Shown here: piece after piece, positions 13,226 to 24,468 of the stretch | Position numbering within the stretch: position 1 is the first letter of the stretch | Layout: every line of letters begins with the position of its first letter | Assembly (NCBI GenBank): GCA_000708835.1 | Contig: DF237628.1 | Location: 2,886 to 46,136, forward strand | Length of the DNA: 43,251 bases | Reading direction: 5' to 3' | Origin: Klebsormidium nitens | Lineage: Eukaryota > Plantae > Klebsormidiophyceae | Notes under the pieces: model-generated | Told to the model about the DNA's origin: nothing | Seen by the model: the letters and a program-made list of their open reading frames with translations, nothing else | Database searches by the model: none | Made by a program: the position numbers and the translations under genes

Positions 13226-13318
13226 ATATGTGAGGACAGGGATTCTACCGTTTCACTTTTGCTGGTTGACCGGCTTCGAAAGATGGAATCAAGTGTTCTG
13301 TCTCACCCCTTCGTGCAG

Positions 13319-15457
13319 GTGGCTCGAGGGCCGGTACAAGGCTCTGCCGATCAGGAGTCCCATGGGGAGCGGCAAAAGCACGCTTCTCGCGGCTCTTCTC
13401 GCCGAGGTCTCCAGATTCAAGAAGGTCTGCATGATCACTTACCGCCGCACGCAAGCTCTCGATGCGGCGAGCAAGCACCAGGCGTTCTCCCACTACGAAG
13501 ATCTCAAGCAGGCGGATGGACGTATGCTCGGCGATCGCTTCATCCCCCCTCTCGCCGACCGGGAGCTCCATCCCCGCGTCATCGTCCAGCTCGACAGCCT
13601 GCCCGGGCTGATCCCTGAAGACGACGAAGACGCCCCCGCGTTTGACCTACTCGTTCTTGACGAGAGCGAGTCGATTCTGGCGCATTTCTCGGCGGACACG
13701 CTTCGCGAGAGGCACAGAGTCATTCAGCTCCTTGTCGAGATGATGAGAAGAGCGCGGCGGATCGTCTGTCTGGACGGGCACTTGGGGCAACGGACGTACG
13801 AGTTCCTCACGATGAACGAGATATCATACTCCCCCGTGGTGATCAACAAGCATGCTCCTGAGAGGCCCCTCGAGATTGAGTTCCTCCAGGGCAAGAACGA
13901 AGGGCTTGCCAAGTGGGAGGGGGCGATTTTCGAGGCGCTGGGGGCTGGTCGCAACGTCTTTGTTGCGAGCATGTCCTCGGAAAAAGCGCAAGAGTTGGGG
14001 GCGACGGTCGTGGAGCGGGGTCTCGTCGAGGGTGACCAGGTCCTCATCATAACTCGCCACTCGGACGGTGCAGTCAAACGAGGGCTGCAGGATGTGAACA
14101 GGCAGTGGCGGAAACGGCTCGTGATCATCAGCCCCACGGTCGAAGCAGGCGTGGATTTCAACCAGGACTGGTTCCATCAGATGTTCTTGTACGTCTGCCA
14201 GAAGAGTACGCACCCGCGGGGACTCGACCAGATGAAGGGGCGTGTTCGGAAGTTGGCGAATCCACGGGTCTTGTGTTATGTCCAGGAGGGCATCTGGCTG
14301 CCAGTCGAACCGGGGCCATCAGGGGGTGGGTCCTCGAGGGAGACGAGCAGGTCGGGTAGCAAGGCAAGGCTGGGGGTCGAAGAGACCTACCAGTGGTTCC
14401 TCAATCAGAATTGCAGGGGCGGGCTGAACTGTGTGCATCCGATAACCCGACTTCTCGCTCACAACGAGAAGGAGATCTTCAACGGGCAGACGCATTTCTG
14501 CGAGGAGTTCACAGACTTGCTGCAGGCGGACGGACACGTCATCGTCAAGAACGTTTGCGTTGACGAAGAGGCGGTCGAAGTGAACGCGGGCCCATCAGAA
14601 GAAGGGGGGCGTGGGGGCAAGTATCTTCTGGAAGAGATGATCAGCGCCCCAAACATCTCGCATGCCCAATTCGTCGACATCGAACGGCGTTCTCGAAAGT
14701 ACGAAGATCGCCCAGGGGAACCGTGCAGATGGAGAAATTTCAGCTAGCACGGTTCTACGACGTCCCGTACCTCAGCGAGGAGTTCTTGCGAACCTTCGGG
14801 CCGAAGCCGATCCATGCCCTCGACTTCCTGGAGCAGGTGGTCGACGAAGACTTCAAGTACGACAGAAACGAGATCGGGCGGCACATGTACCCGCCTCAGA
14901 TGACAGCCATGGCCAGGGAGCTCTTGACGGTCATGGGATTCGAGCACGCGCTCGATGCTGCCCACGAGACCGATACTCTTAGCACAATGAGATCGCGTCT
15001 GGCCGGAACGGCCTTCTTTCGGAATTACTCGGAGAACGTCAAGCTGTTCCATCATCGAGCAGCTAGCGTGTCTGACGTTCTGGTTTATCAGAAGACGGCC
15101 ACGATTGCTCTGAACCACGTCTTCTCGGCGTTAGGGTTGCATCTCGAGGCAAAGAAGCTCGGCAGATTGGAGGTGAGGGATGTGCAGAGGGCGGAGAATG
15201 GAAACCGGAAACGGCTGTACCGATACGGAGGCTGGTTCCTGTCGCGAGAACCTCTGCGGACGACTCGGCCCGTGCAAGGGCCCCCGGGGGTGAACCTGAT
15301 GTGCCAATTGTTCAAGCTTCGTCTGGCGGATTCGGAGACTCTCAGGGAGAGGGTTCCGCCGGCTCTGCGGGAGTACTTGGACGGGATTCCGTTCCAGTGG
15401 CCGGAACTCGTCCAGCACAGGAGATGTGGTATTATTGTGGGTCCAGGAGAGGAGTAG
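13319..15457 (+). pseudogene. UL9-like replication origin-binding SF2 helicase exon, with one apparent frameshift at about 14720
   Basis: SPMGSGKST (Walker A), ITYRR, LLVLDESES (Walker B), IISPTVEAGVDF and DQMKGRVR are motifs typical of herpes UL9/NCLDV origin-binding proteins. The reading frame shifts at GAA CCG TG CAG ATG, continuing as QMEKFQLARFY to the stop at 15457. Confidence 0.82.
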
Positions 15458-15518
15458 AATGTCGTCGACAAGAACCCAAGTCTGAAATGCAAGTCAAGTG
15501 ATTATAGGCTACCCTGTA

Positions 15519-15825
15519 GTCCGCACGTTGCAAATGATATTTGGCGATACTTTCTTGGGAATTGTGGATGGTGTAAAGTATTGGGGATGGTGTGGATCAA
15601 CTTTATAGCTTGCTTGTTGTCTTGTATCATTGTAGTCTTGTTGGTGGTACTCACAATAATCGGTCGTCCTGTGCTGTAGTTGATGATAGGAGATGCGCAT
15701 TCATACAATGATTTCTGCTTGCCTTTTGCCTTTGTTGGCAGCAACTATAACAGGGGTTTGCTTGTGGTCTATACTGTGCAAGTCGTCTAGGACTAAATCC
15801 TAACAATCAATTGCAACGTGTGGAC
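15519..15825. repeat. 15-bp inverted repeat pair flanking a 277-bp spacer; arms related to the 62-bp palindrome family
   Basis: GTCCGCACGTTGCAA at 15519-15533 and TTGCAACGTGTGGAC at 15811-15825, with 1 mismatch. Confidence 0.7.
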
Positions 15826-16141
15826 CGTATTGTGCAATTAACAATGCCGCATGCAAATGGCTTGGTTTTGCAGACTTGCCGCCTAAAGACTGAAGTCGCT
15901 GTATGGTGGTAGCAACTCTCGGAGCCTATTTGAGCACATTAAATTACCCTCTTTCGCGGAATCGCATGCCGGGATATGATGAATGTAGGCTAGATGGTGG
16001 TAGTCTTTGAGCATGAATCCACCGCATGTGCGAGGAATAGCACTATGAACCCGAGCCTATACATGGCACTTGTAAAAGCGGTTTGATTGTATACATGGGC
16101 CATCGTCCACTTAAGCGAACGAGAGACCGGACTCTCTGCAA

Positions 16142-16657
16142 TCAATCCGAGTCTGAGTCTGAATTAGAATCAACCGATTCTGCCTTCTTTGCTTGGGCAG
16201 GCTTCTTTCCGGCGGTATTTGTTTTGGGCTTCTGAGTGGCTTTACTCAACTTCGAAAACTTCTTCGGAGACTTCATACTTTCGATATCTTCAATCTCCAT
16301 CTTTGTAGCTATACTCTGAAAGGTGCCCTCGAATGGCAGACCTGTTGGGCGATTACTTTTCTTCACCGGACCGATCTCGACCGAGTATCCATATTTCTTG
16401 TTCAAGGAACCTCGTGTGGTCTCCTGTATAAGGACAACTACCCTCTGTGGAAGAGAAACCTGTTTCCCCTGACATTTCTGCGTTCGAAACAGTTGAGATC
16501 CCGCTCGGGCCCCTGCTTGACAGACGCGCCCCTTCTTTGCATCGATTTCAAGTCGCGTATCCTTCAACAGAGCAAGGGCATCATTCCCCTTCGAATCGTA
16601 GGCAGCAATCACCCGAAAGCTTCGTTTCGTGGATTCCATATTGGATGTTTGGTGCAT
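16142..16657 (-). CDS. MC1-like non-histone DNA-bending protein (archaeal MC1 / giant-virus MC1-like family) with Lys-rich and acidic tail
   Basis: KRSFRVI..YDSKGND, CQAGARAG, VVLIQETTRGSLNKKYGY and SNRPTGLP align by eye with the MC1 pattern (RNFVLRDEDGNE / PRQAALKAA / IRLRE / KNRPAWMP) and with the viral ETTRGS..K.Y.Y variant. Confidence 0.72.
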   Translation of the reverse strand: MHQTSNMESTKRSFRVIAAYDSKGNDALALLKDTRLEIDAKKGRVCQAGARAGSQLFRTQKCQGKQVSLPQRVVVLIQETTRGSLNKKYGYSVEIGPVKKSNRPTGLPFEGTFQSIATKMEIEDIESMKSPKKFSKLSKATQKPKTNTAGKKPAQAKKAESVDSNSDSDSD

Positions 16658-16811
16658 TTCTAATGATAAGTTCGTAGAAAATAATAATCCCGCCCCCTAA
16701 TGCATATCTGACCATGCGGATTTAACAATCCCCGCTGCAAGCGATGATATATAGTGCATATGGAGTGAAACGCATGCGGAGAAACAAAGAAAAAGTGTCA
16801 AGTGCGTTTTA

Positions 16812-16852
16812 AATAACTAGTTATTCTCTTGAGAAATCTCGAGATTTCTCAA
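16812..16852. promoter_or_regulatory. Two adjacent perfect palindromes in the divergent MC1/YR intergenic region
   Basis: AATAACTAGTTATT at 16812-16825 (14 bp) and TTGAGAAATCTCGAGATTTCTCAA at 16829-16852 (24 bp). The sequence is certain; the function is unknown. Confidence 0.6.
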
Positions 16853-17008
16853 CAATTTTCGGCCCCCCGCACGCAGTTTCAAGAAAATAACCGTTTAGGA
16901 GAGGTTTCGATGTCAGTTTATTGCGACCGACCTTTTTGAAATAAATTGTTGCGAAATGAAAGACGTTATAAAAATATTTTCTTGCATCATCGTAGACGGG
17001 TGATAAGT

Positions 17009-17867
17009 ATGGATACTCTACGAAAGGTCTTAGCTGATGGGATTAGGACCGAAAGTTCCACAGAGCAGTATCTCAAAGGGATTCAGCTTCTATGGAATAT
17101 GGTTTTCGAGGATAAAATGCCCGAGGACCCCTCGTGGATAAAGAGCAAGGCTCAGAGTATCGTTGCAGCCGTTCTAGAGCGCTATGATAATCCTGGAAGC
17201 AGGCGTACTCGTTTAGCCCCTTTTCTTGCTCTTTGTCGCAGACTCGGTTATGCGGAGGCTTACCAAACCTACTATGAGCCGTTTCGGAAGGAAAACAAGG
17301 CTCTTGTCTGAAGGAGTCCGCTCAACGAAAGATTGAGACTAAGACCTCGGATGCCACATCGGAGATGACCGTTGAAGAGGTCGAAACACTTGGAAAGAAG
17401 CTTGCACGCAAGGTTAGACAGTTGAGTCTCGAGGACATGAATCGAGATCTCACTCCTAAGGAGGTGAAGATCTGCATGTGGCATCTCGTCCTCGAATGGC
17501 ATATGCTCTTGAGTAAGGAGCATCGTCGTCGGTTTAAATTGCACGAGCTTCCAATCCTGCGGAAGGGCCAACAGATCGGGGGTGCGAACTATTTGCTGCA
17601 GACCTCACGACGCAAGGGAGATTACAAACTCGTCTTCGAAGCCGGGGATCGAATCCCTCTTACAAAGATGCTAAGCAAGTATCTTCATCGAACCCTTCGA
17701 TTGATACCTCGAGATTCCTTCTTGACTTCGATCACTCAGCCGCAGACGGCTATGTCCGCTAGTAACTGGTCCATGTTCATGAGTAAGATCCAGTACAATG
17801 GAAAGCGCTTCATTCCAGATCGACTCTAATACGTTCGTATCTTACAAAAAATATCTGTGAAGATTAG
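17009..17867 (+). pseudogene. Frameshifted, truncated paralog of the adjacent tyrosine recombinase
   Basis: ORFs 17009-17311 and 17365-17829 join through a frameshift (KENKAL / LKESAQRKIE). Similarities to the intact YR: RTLRLIPRDSFL vs RSFNLIPRKYL, SNWSMFMSKI vs SNFTVVLNDL, and a frameshifted LIRSYLT vs LLRHISH. It ends before the catalytic GH...Y segment. Confidence 0.68.
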
Positions 17868-17891
17868 TAACAACGAGGCGGTTTCACGGCG

Positions 17892-18935
17892 ATGGAGTCC
17901 AACTTCGAAGCAGAGGTACGCAGAAAACTGAAGGTCCAATCTCCGGATAAGGCTCTCCGTGGAGCTCCGCCAAACAGATCAGATTCAACAGTGTCTGTCT
18001 ACATCAGGCAACTTAAAACCGTATATGCGGCTGGAGACTTTGGACCGGACGTGATGAACGGTCTCGACTGGATCGAGGACCACGAGCATGTGATTTCAAC
18101 CATAGAGAGTCTCACGTCGCGTGACGGCAAGCTTCTTAGATCATTGACGAAGAGTAATTATGCAGCCCCTTTTGCTATTCTTGCTTCTGGAGAGACGCAA
18201 TCAGCTTACTCGAAGTACATGCAGAGGATGAAGCCAACCGAGGAGGAGCTCGATCATTCTATGCAGAGGAAGACGCCGAAAGAAGTCGACAATTGGATTC
18301 CTTGGTCCGAAGTCTTAGAGAAGCGATCGGAACTTGATGACAAGATCAGTCGCTATGTCGTGCCAAGATTCCATAAGAAGGAACGCTTAGATCGCCATGA
18401 TAAGCAGCTGGTGATGGACCATCTGATCCTTTCCCTCTACACGATGCCGCTAGGACCTCTACGGAATGAGTACGCGGAATGCATTTTTTTGATGAGGGAA
18501 CACGAAAACGATTGCGTTGCGATCAAACCGGGTGACATCAACGTCGTCGAGTTGAACGACGATCCCAAGAAGTGTTTCTTTCACATTGGTCGACACAAGA
18601 CTCTCGAAAAGGATGGCGTTCGTTGCCTTGAAATTCCCGAAGATCTCGTAAAGGTTATACTCAGATCCTTCAATCTGATTCCTCGAAAATACTTGATTCT
18701 CAAGAGGCATTATCTCGTCTGGAAAGATGAACCGATATCGAATTTCACCGTAGTTCTCAATGATCTTGGTCAGCGCCATTTCGGTAGAAACCTCAGCTGC
18801 ACTTTGCTTCGACACATCTCACATACTGAACAGAGTCCGAAGTTGATGTCCCGTGGTGAAGTGAGAGCAAAGGCGCAATACATGGGCCATAGCATGAGGA
18901 CTGCGGATGAATTGTATAACAGACGATTCGAGTGA
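17892..18935 (+). CDS. Tyrosine recombinase/integrase, Polinton-like virus/NCLDV type, 347 aa, intact
   Basis: Catalytic set: R in PLRNEY, K in GRHKT, R in TLLRH (first His of HxxR replaced), H in YMGHS and Y in ELYNR. The N-terminal core-binding region contains STVSVYIRQLK. Confidence 0.88.
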   Translation: MESNFEAEVRRKLKVQSPDKALRGAPPNRSDSTVSVYIRQLKTVYAAGDFGPDVMNGLDWIEDHEHVISTIESLTSRDGKLLRSLTKSNYAAPFAILASGETQSAYSKYMQRMKPTEEELDHSMQRKTPKEVDNWIPWSEVLEKRSELDDKISRYVVPRFHKKERLDRHDKQLVMDHLILSLYTMPLGPLRNEYAECIFLMREHENDCVAIKPGDINVVELNDDPKKCFFHIGRHKTLEKDGVRCLEIPEDLVKVILRSFNLIPRKYLILKRHYLVWKDEPISNFTVVLNDLGQRHFGRNLSCTLLRHISHTEQSPKLMSRGEVRAKAQYMGHSMRTADELYNRRFE

Positions 18936-19027
18936 AATGTGGGCCAACTATGCAGATTGTTCGCGTTTTCTGAGAATGAATTTTTCTGTGCTACAATCAT
19001 CAGGGAAGTTTCAATTGCGTCCCGGCT

Positions 19028-19273
19028 ATGGAATCATCGAATCACAAACACGAATCGACTGCGTGTGCTGCTTGTTTAGAGGCGAGCCTCTATAAGGATG
19101 AACATCAGGCTAAGAAACGAGTGTATTCCAAAAGCTACTATCAGGTGCACAAAGACGAGATTCTCTTGAAAAAAGCTCTTGAGAGGATTGCAAAAGGATG
19201 TAAGACGAGAAGACGTACGAGAGAGGGGCTGAACGAGACACATATTGCAACCCCTTGGATCCGATCGTACTAA
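19028..19273 (+). CDS. Small basic hypothetical protein (81 aa)
   Basis: Intronless ATG-to-stop ORF packed between the YR and primase genes on the same strand. The KRVYSKSYYQVHKDEIL pattern resembles small viral proteins. Confidence 0.45.
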   Translation: MESSNHKHESTACAACLEASLYKDEHQAKKRVYSKSYYQVHKDEILLKKALERIAKGCKTRRRTREGLNETHIATPWIRSY

Positions 19274-19384
19274 CGAACGAGGCTTCACAAGATCCCGAAC
19301 AAGCGCCGCGTTCTTTTTCGACAAAAATTTTCTGGGGTTGAAACTTATAGGGGGCTCTTGACCCTTCTTCGGTCTTTGAAAAAC

Positions 19385-21390
19385 ATGACAACGGGTTCGA
19401 TTGCCAGTGTGTTGGAAGCATATGCACAAGAAGGGTTGTACGCTGTCCCCGCAAACGTGAGAGCAAAGGACGGATTGAAGCACATTATAACGATGCCTCA
19501 TACAAGAGGCGATGACGCTATAAGATCGGCCTCTGATTGGAGAGCGGCGGGAGGCCGGATTACGCAATTCATTGAAAAAGAACGATACAACTTTCTGGCT
19601 GTCAAGACGGGGGCCATTTCGGACATCTTCGTGCTCGATATTGATGTACGAGACAAACCGGAGAAAGATCTTCTAGCTGGCATGCCACTCTGGAACGAAC
19701 CGATTGCTGAGCACGGAGAGCCAGACACCTTGAAGGCCGTTTCTGCTAGCGGAGGCTTTCACTACTATTTTTCATATGGTTGTTCCATTAGAGATGGGCT
19801 TCAATCAGGAAAATGTTTTGCTGGAATTGATTACAAGGAGCATTACTTTGGCATAGACGCACGTGGAGATGGGGGCATCGTTCTGGCTCCACCGGGCTCA
19901 CCTGGAATCGGGTTGAGTTATACATGGTGTTCGAAACCCATAAGAAGCAGCATCAGAAGCGCTCCATCATGGCTAATCAAATTTCTCAATGATTCAACCG
20001 GGAGGTCTTTCAAGAGGAGTCTCGCGTCGGCCTGCAACAAGATCCAAGAGCAAGCAGTGGACGGCTCCGAGCTCGAGCAAACAAGGGGGCTCGAATCGAG
20101 CACCGTTGAAGAAGATATGCAAGTAGAGGTGGATATCAATGTCCCCCACAATACACAATCACTTGAGCACGAGAAGATTGCTGACGCTATGTTGAATCTA
20201 CTACAAGACGCTGGGCTCGCCACGAATGTTCGATTTTCTGGCAATGTGACCTTCCGTGGTCCGTACGGTATGCTCTATTCATTCATCTGTGACGGTCCCA
20301 GAACATGCATCCATGGCCATCATCATAACGGTAGCAACAATCTGACTCTTGTGAAGCGAGGGTGGAAGATCTTCTACCGTTGCTTTGGCAACGATTGCAC
20401 AGACAAGCCTCTCACGGAGCTTGGAAATATTCCAATATCGATCTCATTGTTGGATGCCAATCCAGTACGCTTGCACCCCACTCATGATTGGAGTACCTTT
20501 CCAAATAATATAAAAACGTTGTCAAACGATGCTGTGGAAGCACAGATGACACTCATTAGGCGGAACATGACGCAACGCTACCGCGGACTAGCGGCAATCT
20601 TCTCAGCTATATGTCTCGTTGACGGACGCGTCATCGCCGAGGGGAAGTCCTTTCAATACTGGAACGGTCGTCGGTGGATCATCGACAACGCGTTCCATAT
20701 ACAAGCCGTGTTTAGTAACCACATGGCTCGTATTATACACTGGTATTCGAACCAGAGACTGAATGCTTTCAAGCGAGAGATTTGTGCACATATAAGAGGC
20801 TCTGCAACACGGCATAATGCTTCGTCGACGATAGAATCAGCCCTTCCAGACTGGGCATTTGATCCAACTACCGATGAAGAAAGAAAAGCATGCAGTACCG
20901 CATGGAGGGTAGTCAACAAAACGTATCCTTTCCCAGCAAAAAGCGATCTGGTGGATCTAACACGGGGATCTGAGATCCGTGTGTGCCTCGAATTCGTCAT
21001 GAATTCCTTGCAAGCTCCTCAATCTCTGAGCGAGCTGATAAAAATTGCCAATCCGTTATTGTTCGCCTGCGCTAACGGTGTCATAGACACCCAAACGGGA
21101 AAGTTGCTCGCCTTTCATCCTGCTCATCTGTGTTCACGTGCGTCGAAAGCGACTTTCCGCGGAATGCCAAAGGCCGGAAGCCGATTTGAGAGGTTTTTGC
21201 TTGATTGTTTCAACGATGACAAAGAAGTTCTCGAATGGTATCAGCTCTTCTGCGGCTATTGCATGACCGCGGACATGAGCGAGCAGATTTTTCTTGTCAA
21301 ACAAGGCGCCGGATCTAATGGCAAGTCGTTGACAAAACTGGCAAGTCTCGAAGTTCTTGGGAGCTACGCTGTTGTTATGTCCGACGATTG
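19385..21390 (+). pseudogene. 5' part of a bifunctional Prim-Pol + D5-like SF3 primase-helicase, interrupted by the KDZ transposon
   Basis: Prim-Pol motifs AVKTG, FVLDIDV, SGGFHYYF and IDARGDGGIVLAPP. D5_N motifs FQYWNGRRW and FACANGVIDTQTG. Walker A GAGSNGKS. The frame breaks right after GACGATTG. Confidence 0.9.
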
Positions 21391-21540
21391 GAGTACACAT
21401 TAATGGCGGGCGTGAATACCAAAAAGGTGTCTTTCTGAAGTCATTCTGGAGGCATTCACGTGAACTTCTTTTACTCCCTGAATGAAAGGGTGCGCAGGCA
21501 GCTATACTCACCTGCCATCCTCTTCGACCATTCCCATGCC

Positions 21541-22730
21541 TTCAAACATTCAGGATTCAGATACGGTCTGAATCCGCCATGAATGAATGCATGTAAGTGC
21601 GCTCGANNNNNNNNNNNNNNNNNNNNNNNNNNNNNNNNNNNNNNNNNNNNNNNNNNNNNNNNNNNNNNNNNNNNNNNNNNNNNNNNNNNNNNNNNNNNNN
21701 NNNNNNNNNNNNNNNNNNNNNNNNNNNNNNNNNNNNNNNNNNNNNNNNNNNNNNNNNNNNNNNNNNNNNNNNNNNNNNNNNNNNNNNNNNNNNNNNNNNN
21801 NNNNNNNNNNNNNNNNNNNNNNNNNNNNNNNNNNNNNNNNNNNNNNNNNNNNNNNNNNNNNNNNNNNNNNNNNNNNNNNNNNNNNNNNNNNNNNNNNNNN
21901 NNNNNNNNNNNNNNNNNNNNNNNNNNNNNNNNNNNNNNNNNNNNNNNNNNNNNNNNNNNNNNNNNNNNNNNNNNNNNNNNNNNNNNNNNNNNNNNNNNNN
22001 NNNNNNNNNNNNNNNNNNNNNNNNNNNNNNNNNNNNNNNNNNNNNNNNNNNNNNNNNNNNNNNNNNNNNNNNNNNNNNNNNNNNNNNNNNNNNNNNNNNN
22101 NNNNNNNNNNNNNNNNNNNNNNNNNNNNNNNNNNNNNNNNNNNNNNNNNNNNNNNNNNNNNNNNNNNNNNNNNNNNNNNNNNNNNNNNNNNNNNNNNNNN
22201 NNNNNNNNNNNNNNNNNNNNNNNNNNNNNNNNNNNNNNNNNNNNNNNNNNNNNNNNNNNNNNNNNNNNNNNNNNNNNNNNNNNNNNNNNNNNNNNNNNNN
22301 NNNNNNNNNNNNNNNNNCTCGAACCACATAAGTGCCCAGTGTCCCAGCTCGTATGCTTTCAAACATTCAGGATTCAGGTACGGCCTGAATCCGCCATGAA
22401 TGAACGCATGTAAGTACGCTCGCTGCACACTTGAAGTGCCCAGAGTTCAACTCATGCGCCTTCAAACATTCAGGATTCAGGTACGGTCTGAATCCGCCAT
22501 GAATGAACGCATGTAAGCGGGCTCGAACCACACAAGTGCCCAGTGTCCCAGCTCATGCGCCTTCAAACATTCAGGATTCAGGTACGGCCTGAATGCGGCG
22601 TGAATGAATGAATGAGTCCAAGTGCGCTCGCTGCACACAAGTGCCCCGAGTCCCGGGTCGCATGCCTTCAAACATTCAGGATTCAGGTACGGTCTGAATC
22701 CGGCATGAATGAATGCATCTGAGAGTTGCT
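21541..22730 (+). repeat. Left subterminal tandem array (unit about 103 bp) with GGATTCAG-N7-CTGAATCC palindromes
   Basis: TTCAAACATTCAGGATTCAG recurs at 21541, 22358, 22461, 22562 and 22667. The array spans the N gap. Confidence 0.9.
21607..22317. other. Assembly gap (711 N)
   Basis: Run of N flanked on both sides by the same tandem repeat unit. Confidence 1.
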
Positions 22731-24468
22731 TCAGGTCAAAGCATTGCACAGGTGCCAGACTTCTGTTTCGTACGAATTAAACACTCGAGATTCAAGTACG
22801 GTCTGAATGTAACATGAAGGAATGAAGACAGTCCGGCAGCACACAGGTGGCCAACTCCCCGCTCGTACACCCTGCTCCCGGTTTCCTAAACTTTCAAACT
22901 TTGAAATTTCATGTACGTACTAAAGGCGGCTGGCCTAAACTTGTGATACACCCTAGCTCGTAGGACTCAAGAGCGCGGCTCCCAACTCGTCACAGACCTT
23001 CAATAATATTAGGAGTTAGGTGCGGCCTGATTGCGGCTAAATAGATAGGGCGAACGGAATCTTCAGAGCAAGCCCACGGCCAGCTTTATGTGGGCCCACC
23101 TCACTGCGCCCAAGTCCCCAAGTGGCAGGACGGTTTCCTTTGGGCAGGCCCGCGATTAACAACATGTAGCAGTTGCCCTCGCTGTGCCGCCTTCCCAGGC
23201 AGAGGCCGTTTGAAACCCCCTGACAGGCCCGCGATCAGGCAAAACAGGGCTGCCATTCCTGCACCGCCCCCCAGAATTGTTGCTGAAGGGATCCCTCCGG
23301 ACAAGCCCCCGGTCGTCGGCATGTGAGGGCTGCTTCCGCTGCGCCACTCCAATAGATTGGTGGGCGAAGGGATCCCCCCGACGGGCCAGCGGAAGAAAAC
23401 GTGGGGGCTGATCTTCTGCGCCGCCCCCCTGGAACTGTGGGCATTTGGACCCCTCCGCACAGACCCGCAGACAGAAACCCTGGGCTGCCCTCGCTGCGCA
23501 CCCCAGCTTGATTGCCAGGCAAAGGGATCCCCCCGGGCAGGGCCGTGGTTGCGGTCTGCTCTCGTTGCTGGAACGCAGTATGGAAAGACTACCGTGCGCC
23601 TCTGAAGTGGCAGGACCCTCACAGCCCTCCTTTCGCAAGCCCCTACGGTGTGGTGGCCTCCCCATCGCGGCTGTCTCCACCGCCTGAAGCGCCTGCATCT
23701 GCAGCGCCAACAGCGCTTTGGTGGGCCCCTGCTGCAGGCTGGCTACCAGGCGACCGGCGCCCCAGCAGCGCCTGTGCGGCGCGGGCGTCAACTCACCAGC
23801 CCCGTGCAGATGGTGGGGAATTCCGGAGCGCACGCGCCACGACCACTGGCAGCAGGAGAGGGGTTGCGCGTGCAGGGCTGAGCACAAAGCACATCACGCG
23901 GAGCACGAAGGGGGAAACCAGGATGTGGCCGCCACCGTACTGCGCAACAGCCCAGGATGTGTACTCCAGCCCAGCCCCCTCGAAATCTCCAAAACCGCTG
24001 AAACTGCATTGCCGTAGTAGAAGGCAGCGAGCAAGACGCCGTTGGTGGCCTGATCCTGGCGCTGCTTGATGGCGGCCGTGGTCAAGGCCATCAAAAAGGC
24101 TAAGCGCTCCAGGTAAGCCACCAGGGTGAAAGCGAACCTACACAGGCTACAGTTGGATGTGCTGGCCAGCAGAGACCACTTTTGCGGTGCACACTCCACA
24201 GCCATCGATCAACCTGCATCGTCGACTCGCAAATTCAACAAACCAGGATGGATTTGACACTGTCCCAAAAGCCGGCATCAAAAGTTGTGCCGTCGGTCGG
24301 TCAGTTTCAACCAGTGCCAGGTCGACCGGCAAACCTCCCGGCGAGCAGTGTCAATTAATCTGATTAACAATTAGGTAATTGATGACCTGCTCCCAGATCT
24401 GAGCGATGAAGCTGTAGCCCTAGGAGAAGCTCAAGGTTGGATGTTGGAAGCAAAGCAAAGTAGACGCC

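Noticed and set aside
14699-14728. Possible 30-nt GT-AG micro-intron fixing the helicase frameshift
   Set aside because: Its length is a multiple of 3, so it would not restore the frame.
11256-15492. Many overlapping ORFs antisense or out of frame to the AEP-helicase
   Set aside because: Shadow ORFs of GC-rich coding sequence without recognisable motifs.
21550-22428. Long ORFs of 244-292 aa in the ORF track
   Set aside because: Artefacts of translating the N gap.
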